From Balanoglossus misakiensis (taxonomy: Eukaryota; Animalia; Hemichordata), in NCBI GenBank assembly GCA_040954595.2, contig CM082577.2, forward strand, positions 10,069,846 to 10,133,845: DNA of 64,000 nt, in the 5' to 3' direction. Below the pieces are notes generated by a model that saw nothing but the letters and a program-made list of their open reading frames with translations, was not told where the DNA came from and did no database searches. Position numbers and translations under genes: made by a program. The number at the start of each line of letters is the position of its first letter. Position 1 is the first letter of the stretch. Positions 62,618 through 64,000 of the stretch are shown here, one piece after another.

Positions 62618-62813
62618 TAGACCATTTTCCAAACTCTATGAGACTCCGCGAGATCTCGGGTAGCCGCAGTTCGTCATGTTAAATGGCACACAAGTTACAA
62701 TTTTTGTTCAACGCTGTATTTAACAAGCCCAATTGCGTTACTTGGCTACCAATCCATTGCCGTGTTCATTAACCAAGTCTCGCGAGATCCCACAATGAAG
62801 GGAAAATCGTCTA
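62618..62813. mobile_element. MITE in the presumed 3' UTR
   Basis: TIR TAGACCATTTTCC...GGAAAATCGTCTA. Confidence 0.65.
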
Positions 62814-63665
62814 AGTTAAAGGAATTATATGCAGCAAGTTTTAGATTTTTAGATTTTGTGCCCTGCAAGTTTCATGATACCTGATGTTATATTTCAAAAC
62901 TTTCTACAGACAGATTAAACTTTAAGATGTAATTAAGGAAGGAATTGTAAAATATTGTATTATAAATGCCGTGAAATATTATTAGCTTTTAACATTTACA
63001 TTTTTCATGATTTGTATTTTACAACTTTTGACAGCCTAATTTTTAAGATGTAAGGAAAGGATTGTAATATTGGTTATGTTGTGAAAGGAATCTGTTTTTG
63101 GCTTTAAAATGTTTACATCTTTTGTGTAATAATTAGTTTAATTGTTAGTATTTGAAGATTCCTAAGCCACATTTTTCTACATTTACATATGTGTGTTTTT
63201 AGAAATTGTTTGATTGTTTTATGTTTGTTCACTACTATAATGATGTAAAAAGTACTGTGACTTCTGATCAAGTCAAAGTGGCCCCCTTTTTTAAGATATA
63301 CTTAAATTCATAATGTGTGTTTCTGTTGTCCATATAGGCCTGTTTGTCTGAATTTTGCGAAAACAGTTTGAAATTGCTAGTATGTTAAGGGCAAGAATAA
63401 TTATCCAAAATGCAGTCCTTCGCTGTCTTTGAACTCTAGTATACTAGAAATGTCTGATTTTGTCAATTTTGTTCACTTCATAAATCACTGGACCATTGAT
63501 TTAACTCATCTCAAAAAGGAAATGCCACTTGACTGAAAGAAGTGATTTTTGTAAGATTTGTGTCAATCCTTTGAACGCTTTACATACCGTGACTATGTGT
63601 ACATGTATATAATCAGGTCATACTTTAAACAAGATCTTTCTTCTATCTACTCTTGTATCCATGAA

Positions 63666-63671
63666 AATAAA
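63666..63671 (+). terminator. Candidate polyadenylation signal AATAAA
   Basis: Lies at the end of an AU-rich stretch of about 1.1 kb after the stop codon; motif only. Confidence 0.35.
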
Positions 63672-64000
63672 TCAGTAAAGTGTATAATCTTGGCAGTTAT
63701 TTTATTCCATACTTTTTGGCAGCAGTTTTATAAGTTACGGATGCGCTCAGTTGGTCACATCATTTTAGCAAAAGTCGATGGACATGTTAACTATCTATAT
63801 ACTGTAATGTACACAATCGGCTGGGTGGCTAGGCAATTTATATAGGATAACATTCCTTCTTATTTATGAAGCCCTTTTACAAAGATCTACGAAAACTGGC
63901 AAAAGCTTGGAGAGGTGCTCGATAGAGGGCGCTTTCCCTTTTCTAGTTTCATTCAAAACTTGACTTACTACTTTGCTAGCAACCTGTTGCTGTGGTAATT

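Overview
Eukaryotic (animal) genomic DNA, about 40% GC, with GT-AG introns, microsatellites and small transposon relics. A marine invertebrate is my guess, but the taxon cannot be fixed from the sequence. There are two divergently oriented genes. (1) A GC-rich class A neuropeptide GPCR of the allatostatin-A/galanin/kisspeptin receptor group, with a single coding exon (313-1347, minus strand). (2) A 30-coding-exon gene (43038-62560, plus strand) that I assembled by hand. All junction phases are consistent and give about 3,641 aa. The protein reads as a near-complete ZC3H7/RoXaN-like module (TPR, CCCH zinc fingers, C2H2/U1-type finger) joined in frame to a HELZ/HELZ2-type body: UPF1-like helicase 1, PAM2 motif, RNB 3'-5' exoribonuclease with canonical catalytic aspartates, and UPF1-like helicase 2. 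IRF/ISRE-, GAS- and NF-kB-like motifs lie upstream of it. The roughly 41 kb between the genes is non-coding. It holds MITEs, degraded LINE fragments, microsatellites, CpG-rich patches and a strongly over-represented TACATGTA palindrome. All homology calls come from motifs I recognise by eye, not from a database search.
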